Positions 43,964 through 57,043 of a DNA stretch of 64,000 nt are shown here, piece after piece. The stretch's first letter is position 1; each line of letters opens with the position of its first letter. Where the stretch lies: contig OX597819.1 in NCBI GenBank assembly GCA_951406725.2, forward strand, positions 76,880,001 through 76,944,000. Reading direction: 5' to 3'. The notes under the pieces were generated by a model. That model ran no database searches and was not told where the DNA came from. It saw only the letters and a program-made list of their open reading frames with translations. This stretch comes from Octopus vulgaris (taxonomy: Eukaryota). The translations under genes were made by a program, and so were the position numbers.

Positions 43964-45702
43964 ATGGATATATTATTATTATCGAAGAAATGGACTTTTC
44001 CATTGTTGCTGATTGGCATTTTTTCCCAGACATGTCTCGTCGTCTCGGAATCTGCATCATCATCGGATTTTAACGACACCTGCAATACTTTCTCGGATCC
44101 TTGTAAAAATGGCCTTATTATTCCTCGCTGGGAGCCAACAGGTAATCTCAGTGTTGGAGATAAAGTCGCCAGAGCCATCATCTATTTTGTCCTCATGGTC
44201 TACCTTTTTCTTGGTGTTTCCATCATTGCTGATCGGTTCATGGCATCCATTGAAGTGATTACTTCCAAAGAGAAAGACGTTACCGTTAAAAAGCCGGATG
44301 GTACTACAACGATAGTCAGCGTGAGGATCTGGAATGAAACCGTATCTAATCTGACCTTGATGGCACTCGGTTCTTCGGCTCCTGAAATTATGTTATCGGT
44401 CATTGAAATTTGTGGTAATAATTTCAAGGCTGGAGATCTTGGACCTAGTACAATTGTTGGAAGCGCTGCTTTCAACTTGTTTATTATCACTGCCCTTTGT
44501 ATCGAGGTCATTCCAAATGGGGAAAGTAGGAGTATTAATCATCTTTCGGTGTTTTTCATCACGTCCATCTGGAGTGTTTTCGCCTATCTCTGGCTATATT
44601 TTATTCTATCTGTTATATCCTACGGAATTGTTGAAGTTTGGGAAGCCATACTGACATTCCTTTTTTTCCCAGCCACTGTGGTTACAGCATATGTTGCTGA
44701 TAGGAAATTACTAAACAAATTTATTTCCAAAAAATACCGGGCTAGCAAACAAAAGGGAGTTGTAATCCAATGTGAGGGTTTGGATATCGAGAATGCTGAT
44801 TCCAAAGCAAACCACCTCGGAGAAGACGTAGCTTTCAAAGGACTTGACTCGGAAGAGACCGATGTTCGTGAATTTGAGCAGCATCGTCGAGAGTACATTG
44901 AAATTCTTCGTGAAATGAGAAAAAAAAATCCAACATTGGACATGAAAACTCTTGAAGACATGGCTGAAGCCGAAGCTGTAAATCGGGGCCCGAAGAGTCG
45001 TGCTTTCTATCGAATCCAGGCTACCAGAAAATTGACAGGTGGTGGTAATATTATCAAGAAAGCTAAGACACAAACTAGCATGCAGCTTTCTTCGACAACT
45101 GACCAGAAACCTGAAGATGAAATAACAAAGGTTTGCTTTGATCCTGGACATTACACTGTCATGGAAAATGTCGGTACATTTTATGGTACTGTCACCAGGG
45201 AAGGTGGTGATTTAAGCAAGACCCTCTATGTGGACTACAAGACTGAAGATGGTACAGCAAATGCCGGTTCTGACTATGTATACGCTGAAGGTACTCTTGT
45301 CTTTTATCCTATGGAAACTCACAAACAATTCCCAATTTCCATTATTGACGATGACATTTTTGAAGAGGACGAACATTTTTACATTCGTTTAAGCAATCTT
45401 CGAGTCGGCGACTCTCAGGGATTATTTGAGAGTGGTCAAGCGGAAGCAAAAGCCATACTGGCCAATCCCTTCTTAGCCACTGTGATGATTTTGGATGATG
45501 ATCATCCAGGTATCTTTCAAATCGAGGAAAAGGAAATGTATATTACTGAATCAAGCGGAGAAGTGGAAATTCGCATAATTCGTACATCAGGGGCTCGTGG
45601 CCTTGTTAAAGTCCCATTCCATTCTGTGGACGGCACCGCTGTTCACGGGAAGGATTATGAACTCTTGGATAAGGAAGTTTGCTTTGATAACGACGAAAAT
45701 GA
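43964..45702 (+). CDS. NCX: Na+/Ca2+ exchanger (SLC8/NCX family), large first coding exon: signal peptide, TM1-5, alpha-1 repeat, XIP, Calx-beta 1 and start of Calx-beta 2
   Basis: 580-aa ORF with Kozak caccATGG, alpha-1 repeat [17 protein letters not shown]...[12 protein letters not shown], basic XIP-like [19 protein letters not shown], and Ca-binding [13 protein letters not shown] and ILDDDHPG. It ends FDNDENE at GA|GTAAGT (donor 45703), so the ORF's TAA lies in the intron. Confidence 0.97.
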
Positions 45703-45747
45703 GTAAGTACTATCTTTACTTCTTATAATGGTTTTTATATTTTAATA

Positions 45748-45815
<68 letters not shown>

Positions 45816-48800
45816 TTGTTTTTAATTACTCGAAGTGTTTAAGTATCTAAGTCTTGAGTTTTATTTATTCATTCCCTGGCAGTCTTAGACTATTTCCCTT
45901 AGGTCTTGCCCTGCAACAGCTAATAAAAACTCATGAAATATTTCACGTTGTTATCATGGTAAGGGCAGTCATTTACAACGAATTATTAGTCTTTCGTATT
46001 ATAGGAAGCGTCGGAAATATTTTTGAAGTACTTCGGCAGTCCACTGGATGAAACAGTATAAAAAAAAAATTTTTTTAAAGGCTTACAGTAAGAATGACTA
46101 AATATTTTCTTTCTCTCTTCTTCACGGGACTATACTTTTCGTTAATCAGACACAGAAGAATAGCATCCTAGATTCTTTTTAGGATCCGGAGGCTTTGCAG
46201 AAAGGGGGAATTTTTCGTGAAACAAGAAACCTGGTCTGAATGTTTGCAACAAAGCAAACTCCGCTTAAAGGCAGCCAAGAGCCAGGTGGGCGACAGAAGA
46301 TAGTCTACATGAGATAGTACTTATTCTTCGGAGAACATTAACAGATGTTGTTTGAGTTTGTATAGCGAAAGTGAACTACAGTTCTCTCTGAGGTGTTGAT
46401 TTTTATTTAGCAGTAACATTTCTGCTTGATCTCTATCTCTAGCTAGCCTTTGCTTACAGAAAACTGAAAATGAAGGAAAATCCAACTGTTATATATCGTG
46501 TGTGCATATAAAATGTACATGTATGTAAATTATATACACTCATCAAATAGCTATGACATTTTTTTTTTTCGGAATTTAAGTCAAGAAGCCTGACTGTTTT
46601 GTAGAATTGTCCCACCTGCTTCAGTTTCTTTATTGAATTGTCATTAAAATATTCTATTTGAAGTAGTTGGTGTACAAGATATTCCATAAACAAGGTAACA
46701 TGTAAATATGTTTTGAATGTTTATAACATGAGAGTATCCTTTTTAGCTACACACGTCTACCATGGACTATCTTATCATTTATTTAATGAAATATATACTG
46801 GTGGATTGGTAAAAAGAAAGTATAATGTGGCTTTCTGCTCCTTTTTCAATATTCAGTTACTTTTTGTTCTATTTGAAGTTAGGTAATATCGCCTCCCTCT
46901 CAATTGTGAGCTATACAATTACAAACTGATGAGGCTGATGCACACACGGCCTGAACATTTGCATTTCCTTTACCTCGGGTAGAAAGTGAACTGCGGGAGG
47001 GAAGAGGGTAAACTCTATCCACTAAAGGCACGTCGCAGTCGCGGATTTAACCTGTCACCTGGTTTAGCGCCCGCAACCAGCTTAGAAGTGTCTTTAGCGG
47101 TGTCCATTCTGCCGCAAACATCCGGACCAGCTCTTATGGTTTGAGGACAACTTCCTCCCGCTAGTCTCGGAGCTACTGAAAAATGTAATAGGCAATCAGG
47201 TAGTATTAACTGGGCAGCATATTAGGTCTACTACTCGTGCTTTTGATGAAATTATCTTTTTTATTGCTGCATTGGGTTAGAGTGAAAACTATAGTTATAG
47301 CTAATCTAACTTTTTATTTAGAATTTGTATTTCTAATCTTTATTTAATAAGCTTCCCAACAAAAACTTAAAAAATAGACCTCAGTACCAGCTGAAACTAC
47401 TTTTCCTTTCTCTTTTATTGTCTGTTGCACGCACCACAGTGCACCTTCTACTAACTGGCCCTATGTCAGCCTAATCCAGCAAACCTAACTCATTCTATCC
47501 GTAATTATCCCATTTCTTTTTCAAAACATTATTCACTGTCTTTCCGTGTCTTTTTTTTTTTTTTTTTTTTTTGTAATCTGATCGGGCCTATTGGAAGCAG
47601 ATTAGGCTGTTATTTCTAGCATGGTCACATATTTATCACAACACATGTAGTGATAAATTATATTTTGTAGGAATTTTGGCAATGTTTCCTTGCCGGAATT
47701 TTATTTAATAAAAATTAAGGAAAAAAGATCTCCAGAGAACATCAGAAATCACTTTTACGTTACCGTGTTGTGTATCAGTTGTCACATTACAAACTAATTA
47801 CGTTGTTGTTGATTAGCCCCTAACATTGTTCTGATCGAGCAGACCTAAGTCTAAAAGAGTTCTAGCCGTCACCATTCCGTTTTATTTTTCCTCAAACGAA
47901 AATGAGATGTTTGCTTTAAGTCGGTAGGATGTAACTCGAGATTTGGTTGTTATTTCTAACAGATCGAGTTCCCTGTGTCGTGTTTCTGCTACTGAAGTTA
48001 ATAGTTGTGTGAGATTGTCATAGCTGTTTGCATAGCACCATCATCAGCTCCTCTATGAATTAAGTAATTTCATTTAAAAAAAAAAAAAACTACACGATTG
48101 TAAAAATTTATAAAAATACACACACATTATTATTTTGACCATTGCATGCATGGTTTGATGTTAATTTAAGAAAGAAGTAATTGTTAAAAATTTAAAGTTT
48201 GTTTTATTATTTGAATAATTGTCAGCTGGAAATAAGGCAATATTGACAACCACGTGATAAGAAAAGTAGTCCTCTAGTAGAAATATAGCAGCTTAAAATC
48301 TTACTTCAAATCGCCCCACTCCTACCTTAAAAATTGAAGAAAGGCACATTGATTTTTTTTTTTTTCATTTTTTAAAAATTATTGTAGACTCTCTGTCTGA
48401 AAATAAAATGGGTGATATTCATAGCTGAAACGCCGTTGATCACGGTTATTCTAGATCAAAGTTGATCTGAAGGTGTAACAACAACGGCACATGTCTTCAT
48501 TGTTTGAAATGTCTCTTCAATTCAATGGGATAATTTCCCTTCTAACTTAAAGCCTGACCCATGATGATTAACGATAGTCTTTCTAAAATCAATGACACTT
48601 GTGGATAATGAAGGTTTTTTTAAAGTTTCTGTCATCGGACAAACTACATTTTAAAACCCCTATCGTGTTGTTAATTCCCAAGCCATTCATAGTCAAGCAG
48701 ACCTTATAATTAAAGGCATTGCGGCTGGAATTCTTCAGGTTTTATTTCAAACATAGTATATCTCGGATTGAATTTATACATTGTGTCTGTCTTGTTTCAG

Positions 48801-49752
48801 ACGATATAATATGACTTGAGGAAGGTTTTACTACTATTTCTTGCAATCAAGTAGCCACTTAAAGGCCCCCCATTTCAGCTCTACAGTATGAATGTGATGG
48901 ATTCCTTTCTAACTGGCAGAATTTTTATCAGGAAATTTTCATCGTGCTCTTCCACTTGTGTTCCCTCTTTTCCCTTTCTTGTTTATTTTTTTTTTCAATT
49001 AGTTTTTTGTATATCTATCTTTGGATTAAATTTTTTTAGACAGAACAATGCAATTAGCTTTTTTACATTCTAAGTAGTTCTCTGCGTGTAATCAAATCTT
49101 TCATCAAAAGCATTCCAGCCACGACCATCCTGTTTTCTACTAAGTACACGCTTTAATATGTCCGGTCTTTCTTAAGATTTATAGCGGGGAGGGGGGTATG
49201 ATTTTAGCTGCTATTTCTAGCTGTTCGGGTGACCGTGCAGAGATGCATCCTCGGTCGGCAGGGTAGTTGCACGAGTTGCTGGTGAAGTTAGAATTCGCTT
49301 TTGAGTTTGTGTTGTAGACAGGAAAATACTACTAAACAAGGAGAAATATCAAATCGGTCGTGCAAATGTAGTCATTGAGGTTGTTTCACTTTTCTTTCTT
49401 TCGTTCTTGCATCACTAATGTATATATTTTTTTCTCTTGGATAGATGCATTACTTTATGTATTTTCACCCCCCTACCTCCACTGCCCGCAATTAATCAGA
49501 TTATCAGATAATCAATATGGATGAGTTGAAACCGTTTATCAGCGAGCAGCCTTGGTAAACCAGCCTGTCCACTGGAATGCTTGTGTTACAATAGCGATTA
49601 TAAGCAGGAGTTTGACTATGAAATATATAAGGGTTTTCAGCACCGTTCTGTGTTATTTTCTTTTCAACTACCTAAAGAATATCTTTATGTTGAATAGCGG
49701 CCAAGTGAAGCAAGCAGTTCGAGATTCTTGCAAACACACACACAGAAGCACA

Positions 49753-49787
<35 letters not shown>

Positions 49788-51785
49788 GCGCGCGCGTGTG
49801 TGCGTGTACCTTGTAGCCGGGGTATGTACTTCACATGCATTTTAGTAATATTTCTATCCGGTTCATGTTTCCAGTACTATTTATGAACATGAACATAAAT
49901 AGTATACTGTGCTATTTAAACAGATTTTGTTTCATAATAATCTACTTTATTAGATAAAATTCAGCATATTTCACCTCTCTCTCTCTCTCTCTTTCGTTCT
50001 CTCTATCATCTCTCACTCAACACACACCGCTGGACTGGAGCGACGGGGGTTTGAAGTGCTTGGTAGGTAAGATTCAAAATCACTCCCCACCAAATGTGGA
50101 ATACAGCGTTGATTGACAAGCGAGTATTTCGTAGTGGAGAGACCAATTTATGAATAAATAAATAATTCGAGGAAATTAGTATGGTTTATGCATCGGGGCC
50201 CTGAAGCATACAGTTGCTTTCATTATTTGTCAACGTTTATCGTTTCTGGAGAAGTGTAGAGAAAGAAGGTTGATTAAGTGATACACGAGACTATCCTTGC
50301 TCATTAGCTTGTCTTGTTGGTCATTTTGTTTACCTTGATCGCAGTTAAAAGCGGCGTAGGGGAATTCGGAAGGGAGGGGTGGTCATCGCTGCTCTATATC
50401 CTGTCCCACCTTAAATGTGATGAAATAATCCTAAACATTAATTATAATTAATATACGGCAATCGATATAAATCGATTGTTGTTTTGTCTCTCCCCCCTCC
50501 TCACCTTATCTACAAGTATGGGTCTTGAAACTCTCCTCTTTCTCGCCCCCCCCATCTCTTTCTGTCTCCATCCTCTCCCCTTCCTCTCCCTCGCTGTGAT
50601 TAGGACCAAAGCGCCAGTGTTTAGATTATGTAAAAAGATTTGGGGTATGTGTTGCTTGCAATCAGAGATTATTTCATATTATTAATATCTTTGTAAATAA
50701 GTTTACATATCTGCGTAATTTTTTCTTTTACTTCTCTAATATGATTTACTCTCTCTCACACACACGTGCATAAATATGTATATCGTGTGTTATACAAATA
50801 TACATGCACACACACACGTGTGTGCACGGTTATTTGTGTGTGTGTGCACGTATATTTGTATAACACAGCACTTTCATTCAGTAAGTTATATTTGTGGATC
50901 TTATTCATTTTGTTTGGTCATTTTATCACAGAATAATAAACGTATATTTACTTCATTAAAATTTGGGGGTTTCTGAATTTGGTGGCAAGCTAAAATTGAT
51001 GACCATAGGCTGCCTCAGGCCACGGTATGCACAATTTTTGATTACCCTTACATGTCAAAGGTAAACGCTTCTAGTTTTTATTGGCTGCGTACAACTTCAT
51101 AGTTGGTTTATTTAAACAATAATAATAATGATATGGGGCTAACATAGTGTGGGAAAAGCTACAAATTTTAGAAGAGAACACAGTTGATTAAATTAACTCC
51201 AATGCTTGACAACTATTTTTTTTTAACATGAAGAATTTAATTAAACAACTTTGTCATTATTAAGCTGATGTTTGGAATATAAATTAGCAAAATTTTTATG
51301 AAAGGTTTTAATTTAGATCACTAATTTAGATGGGAAGATTGTGTCACAGAACCCTCAAGCTGGTCAGTAACAAAAGGGTTAAATCATTTTCCTTTTTTTT
51401 TTTTTTTTGTTACTATCTGGGTTAGCAAAAAGAGGCAGTGTCCATGGCTTTCAGAATCTTTCCAAGACTGGCGAAGTTGATGCTATTAATCTTCCAACAG
51501 CTGCAGAAAAAGAGTTCTGCACCTCCAGCATTCTAGAGTGTAATGGCATATGCAGGGCATAAGACTGCCAACCAGGCCCCATGCTCATCACTACACACTG
51601 AAAGAAGAGAAACAAAGGAGATTGATTGCCTGAATGGAGTTGACAGAATGACCGGTCAGTTTTGAGAAGCAGGGGTCATTACAGTTGTAGTAGAGAAGGT
51701 AGAAAGAGGACACAGCACATTTGTGGGTCACAAGTTGGAATGTGTCTGTGATAACCTTATGTTAAGGTAGTTGAATTGTCTGGAA

Positions 51786-52036
51786 CAGGGGTTCTCAACT
51801 GGGGTCTATGACCCTTGGGGATCCATATAAAAAATTTCTTGTTAAAATTTATGTGCAATAAATTACTTATACTTCTATAATATACAAAATATCTTCATTT
51901 TTTTAATATAATTCTTACTAATATTATAAAAGTACAGTAAGATTTTGTTTTATATACACTAAATGGCTATGGAAGTCCAGCAGAGTAAAATAAAAATTGA
52001 AGTGGTCCATAGACAAGAAATGGTTGAGAATCACTT
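51786..52036. mobile_element. Non-autonomous hAT (Charlie-like) element
   Basis: TIR caggggttctcaac / gttgagaatcactt. 8-bp TSD gtctggaa / gtctagaa (NTCTAGAN-type). Confidence 0.75.
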
Positions 52037-52584
52037 GTCTAGAATATCTGTGCGTAGCAGCCGCAGCACCATAAGAGAAGTAGACAGAATTTTTTATAGT
52101 GATCCTCACTTGAGATTTACAGAGTGTTAGCAAATGTCAGGGACTGAAGTATTTTATTGTCCTCGTCCTGAAAAGAAGGGCCAACTATTAATAATGATAA
52201 TTTCTAACTTTGGCTGGTGCAAAACTATAACATTTGGGAGAAAGAGGTATAGTTGACTGAACTGGATCCTATATTCAATGGCAGTCTCTTTTATTGTCCT
52301 TGGAAATATCATCATCATCGTTTTCATGTCCATTTATCCATGCCTGCATGGTCAGATGAAGTTTTTGAGGCAAATTTTCTATGGCTAGATGCTCTTCCTG
52401 TCATTAACCCTTGCCTGTTTCCAAGCAGGTTAATATTTCCTCATGGCTAGATATGTCTTAGCACAACATTAGAAATGAATTACACTACCTCTTTGACAGT
52501 GACACTCATTTCACCTATCATATGATGTCAAGAGAAGGAGACACAAACATACTCACAGTTACATATACATGTGTGAGTGTTTTT

Positions 52585-52937
52585 ATTCTTTTTAGTCATT
52601 TGACTACACCCATGCTGGAGCACCACCTTTAGTCGAACAAATCAACCCCAGGACTTATTCTTTGTAAGCCTAGTACTTATGCTATTGGCCTCTTTTGCTG
52701 AACCACTAAGTTATGGGGATGTAAACACACCAACATTGGTTGTCAAGCGATGGTGAGGGGGACAAACACAGACACACACACACACACACACACTTACTTC
52801 TTTCAGTTTCTGTCTACTAAATCTACTCACAAGGCTTTGGTTGGCCTGAGGCTATAGTAGAAGTCACTTGTCCAAGGTGCCATGCAGTGGGACTGAACCT
52901 GGAACCGTGTGGTTGGTAAGCAAGCTACTCCTGTGCC
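52585..52937 (-). mobile_element. SINE family A, CpG-decayed, intronic
   Basis: caccacc for caccgcc, aaccactaag for aaccgctaag, and similar changes. Confidence 0.8.
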
Positions 52938-52949
52938 TATATATATATT

Positions 52950-53272
52950 GAAGGTACATGGCTTAGTGGTTAGACGTATTCGTCTTATGAACGTTAGTTC
53001 ATGAATTTGATTCCCAACGGTGCATTGTATCCTTAAGCAAAACACTTTATTTCACATTGCTCCAGTACAATCAGCTGGCAAAAGTGAGTTGTACCTGTAA
53101 TTCAAAGGGCCAACCTTGTCACCTTCTTTCTCATGCTGAATCTCCCTGGGAAATATGTTAAGGGTACATGTCTGTGAAATGCTCAGCCACTTGCACGTTA
53201 ATTTCATGAGCCAGCTGTTCTGTTGATTGGATCACCTGGAACCCTCGTTGCTGTAACTGACAAAGTGCCAGT
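52950..53272 (+). mobile_element. tRNA-derived SINE (family D)
   Basis: tggcttagtggtt A box, ccttaagcaaaacacttt, and a tail shared with 2450-2640. Confidence 0.7.
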
Positions 53273-53899
53273 TATATATACATATGCACACATACATATA
53301 CATGACAGGCTTCTTTCAATTTCTGCCTACCAAATACACCACGTAAAACTTTGGTGAGGCCAGTATAGTAGGAGGCACTTACTCACGGTTCCACTCTGTA
53401 GGACTGAATTTAGAACCTTATGGCTGGGAAACAAACTCTTTAACTACGAAGATCCTATAAAGAACAAATTACATCCATGAATTCAGGATATGAATTCAAG
53501 GGTGTAATGAAATATTGCAAGGTTATATATTACTGGTTGCTCTACTGATTCTACCATCTGCTGCATCCTTTCCTTCTTCTCCATCTCCTTCTTGTGAATA
53601 ATAAGTTTCCTTATATAGGTATATCATTACCCTTTTCTTCAACCAGAGGCATAGCAAAATTAGTGAAATTGCCCCTCAGAGAGTAATCAGAAATAGGTCA
53701 TAAAAGTTTACTGTGTAGGGGGATCTTGTATCTAAAGAGATTGATATGAACACCAATTACACATACAATTGTTTTCCTGCATACAGGATGATAATTGGAT
53801 TATACAGATAATGATAGTAATAATTTCCAGCATCAAAGAATAATTATAACAACAACAACAACAATAATAATGATGATAATAATAATACTTTCTACTATA

Positions 53900-54090
53900 A
53901 GCACAAGACCTGAAATTTGTAGGGAGTGAGATAGCCAATCACATCAACCCCAGTACTTGGCTGGTATTTAGTTTATCAACCCCGAAAGGATCAAAGGTAA
54001 AGTCAACCTTGGCAGAATTTGAACTCAGAATGCAAAGACAGATGAAATGCCTCTAAGCATTTTGTCCAGTGTACTAACGATTCTGCCAAC
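53900..54090 (-). mobile_element. SINE family B, CpG-decayed
   Basis: gtcaaccttggcagaatttg for gtcgacctcggcggaatttg. Confidence 0.75.
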
Positions 54091-54699
54091 TATGATGATA
54101 TAATAATGATAATAATAATACAGTACTGATTTAACTAAAATATTCTTCAGATCTCATTCAACTGCCTTAAGTAACAGAAAGATACATTAGGAAATATAGT
54201 CTTAAAAATATAAGTATTTGAGGCAATTTCTAAAAATCTAGAGGTTGTCACAGTTAAAATGTCTTTTGACGGTAAGTCTGTTTATTCCAGAAACCTAGGA
54301 TAAACAGCAACATGCTAAACAAGGGTTGTATCTCACTCACTTCAGTTGTTGTTTAGCCCTAGGTCAGTACTGACCAGGCACAGCTATGAACAAAGACATT
54401 TTAATCATGAGCTGGCAGTGTTGCTAGCATGCTAGTGCTTAGCAGCATTTCATCTAGTTTTATGTCCTGACTTCAAAACATAAGGTTGTCTTTGCCTTTC
54501 ATTGTTTTGGGGTTGAGAAAATAAGTATCGTTTGGATACTGGGAGTCAACATAATCAACTTCCTCACTGCTCAAAATTGCTGGCCTTGTGCCAAGATAAA
54601 AAAAAATATATTGTTTTTGTTGGTATCATTATTTACCTGTCAAAGTGTCCTTTGAGGATAATTTGGCTGCAATTTCTATTGGGTCCAACAACTTTCTCT

Positions 54700-56015
54700 T
54701 ATCTTTTTTTAGTCATTGAACTGTGTGTGTCTATGCTGGGACACTACCTTGAAGTGTTTAATCAAATAAATTGGTCCCAGTACAAGTCTAGCATTTATTG
54801 TATCTTGCTCTGTTTGCTAAACCGCTAAGTACCAGTGATATAACTAAATCAGCAACAGTTGTCAAGCTGTGGGGAGGGACAAACAGACAAACACACACAA
54901 ACATACATTGTCAGAGATATATATATGGGCTTCTTCACAGTTTCCATCTACCAAATTCACTCAAAAGACATTAGTCAGCAATAGCAGATTTACCAAGGTG
55001 CTGCTCAGTGGGACTTTAACCTGAAACTACATGTTTGCAAACTGCCCTACTTAACTAGGCAACCATATCTGCACCTATGTAGAGGTCTCTCTTTTAGCAT
55101 ATATTATTTATTTATGCACCCTTTTCAAGCCTAGCCAGGCTCAGGGGCTTGGTTTCCTGGTTTCTGTGGCATATGTGTTCCTCCCACCCCCAGCTGGACA
55201 GGACACCAGTCCATAGCAGCGTTACTCAAGAAACAAGAAGAAAGAGTGAGAGAGAGTTGGGGCGAAAGAGTACAACAGGGGTCACCACCAGCCCCTGCCG
55301 GAGCCTCATGGTGTTTTTGCTTAATAAACACCGCGATCTTCTGACCGTGGGTCCCCTGCCCTAACAACTGGGCCATCGCGCATCCACTTTAGCGTATATA
55401 TATATATATATACATACACACATACACCCACATACATACAGGCAGGCATGGCTGTGTGATAAGAAGCTTGCTTCCCCACCACATGGTTCCAGATTCAGTT
55501 TCACTGCATGGCACCTTGGGCAAATATCTTCTACTATAACCTCAGGCTGACCAATGCCTTGTGAGTCAGTTTCGTGGATGGAAACTGAAAGAAGCCTCCC
55601 ATATATATGTGTGAGGATATGTCTTTGTGTTTTCCCCATATACTCTTTGACAACTGGTGCTGGTGTGTTTACATCCCTGTAACTTAACAGTTTGGCAAAA
55701 GACACTGATAGAATAAGTACAAGGCTTTAAAATTATAAATACTAGGGTTGATGCATTCGATTAAAAGTTCTTAAAGTAAAAGATAAAAGAAAGATATATA
55801 TATATATAGGCGCAGAAGTGACTGTGTGGTAAGTAGCTTGCTTACCAACCATATGGTTCCAGGTTCAGTCCCACCATCACTTGACAACAGATGGTGGTGT
55901 GTTTACATCCCTGTAACTTAATGGTTCGGCAAAAGAGACCGATAGAGAATAAATACTAGGCTTACAAAGAATAAGTCCTGGGGTCGATTTGCTCGACTGA
56001 AACAAGTAAAAGAGT
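54700..56015. mobile_element. Cluster of SINEs: family A minus (54700-55075), another tRNA-SINE minus (55110-55388), family A plus (55440-55785, 55809-56015)
   Basis: Recognisable heads and bodies in both orientations. Confidence 0.7.
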
Positions 56016-57007
56016 GGGTGGTACTGTGTTTCTCTTACTTTTATGATTGGCTAACTGCAGTAGAATGTGTAGCTGTCTCTAAACAATATTGCACTCATAT
56101 TTTTATGAATGGGAATACAAAGAATTATTGGCGAATTAATAGAAGAAATGGTGATGTGCCATAGAATGGAAACTCACAAGTGCAAAAAATCTCTTCTTCT
56201 CTGTCTGTCTGTCTGTATGTATGTATGTATGTATGTATGTGTGTGAGAGAGAGAAAGAGATCATATATATAATTACACACTAATACTCACAGGCACACTC
56301 ATGCAAACTCAAATATCTGCCTACACATGCATTTAAGCTTTGTTACTAATCATTTGATTTCACATGTTACATGTGTGTGTGTGTGTCATCATCATCATCA
56401 TTTAATGTGTTTTCCATGCTGCCATAGGTTGAACAGTTGGGACAGAAGCTGGTAAGGCCAGAAGCCGTACCAAGCGCCATTGTCTGTTTTGGCATGCTTT
56501 CAACAGTCTGGATGCCCTTCCTAACACCAACCACTTTACAGAGTGTACTGGGGGCTTTTTACGTGGCACCAGCACCAGTGCTTTCTATGTGGCACCATCA
56601 CCAACAGAATCACCAAGTACCTTGCAAGACAAAGATGGCACCCCCCCCCCAGCTGTGAGGCAGTGAGTAGTGTTGAGTGGGGGTTACTTTGTACCACTCG
56701 AGAGATTAAAAGTATAGAGGGACAGATAGATGTCTTGCTGTAGATACATGGATACTCAAGTTAGAAAGGAAAGAGGAGTATATATATATATATATACAAC
56801 ATTTATGAATTTGTGTTGCAAGATTCTTGATGTGAAACCATGTGTTGAAATAAATATTGTTATATTTTGGGATGGTCATTATATATATATATAGACAGAG
56901 AAAGGCAGAAACAAGGAAAATGCCCCTTGTATTTGAATACTATGCAAATATTCTTTTAAAAAACTTTTCATTTAATTTTTCCAAAATTTAATTGTTTTCC
57001 ATAATTA

Positions 57008-57043
57008 GAGTTGAAAAAGTCTCAATGACTGAAACCAGTACTG
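57008..57043 (+). ncRNA. Minimal hammerhead motif, U3/A8 variant
   Basis: GAG-UUGAAAA-AGUC ucaau GACU-GAA-ACCAGU-A-CUG. Confidence 0.55.

Noticed and set aside
44013-45151. Overlapping and antisense ORFs within the NCX exon
   Set aside because: They are shadow frames of a real CDS with no independent motifs.
46922-46962. CAAA-CUGAUGA-GGCUG...CGGCC-UGAAC-AUUUG hammerhead-like motif
   Set aside because: It lacks GAAA and any stem III/UH, so it is at best a broken remnant.
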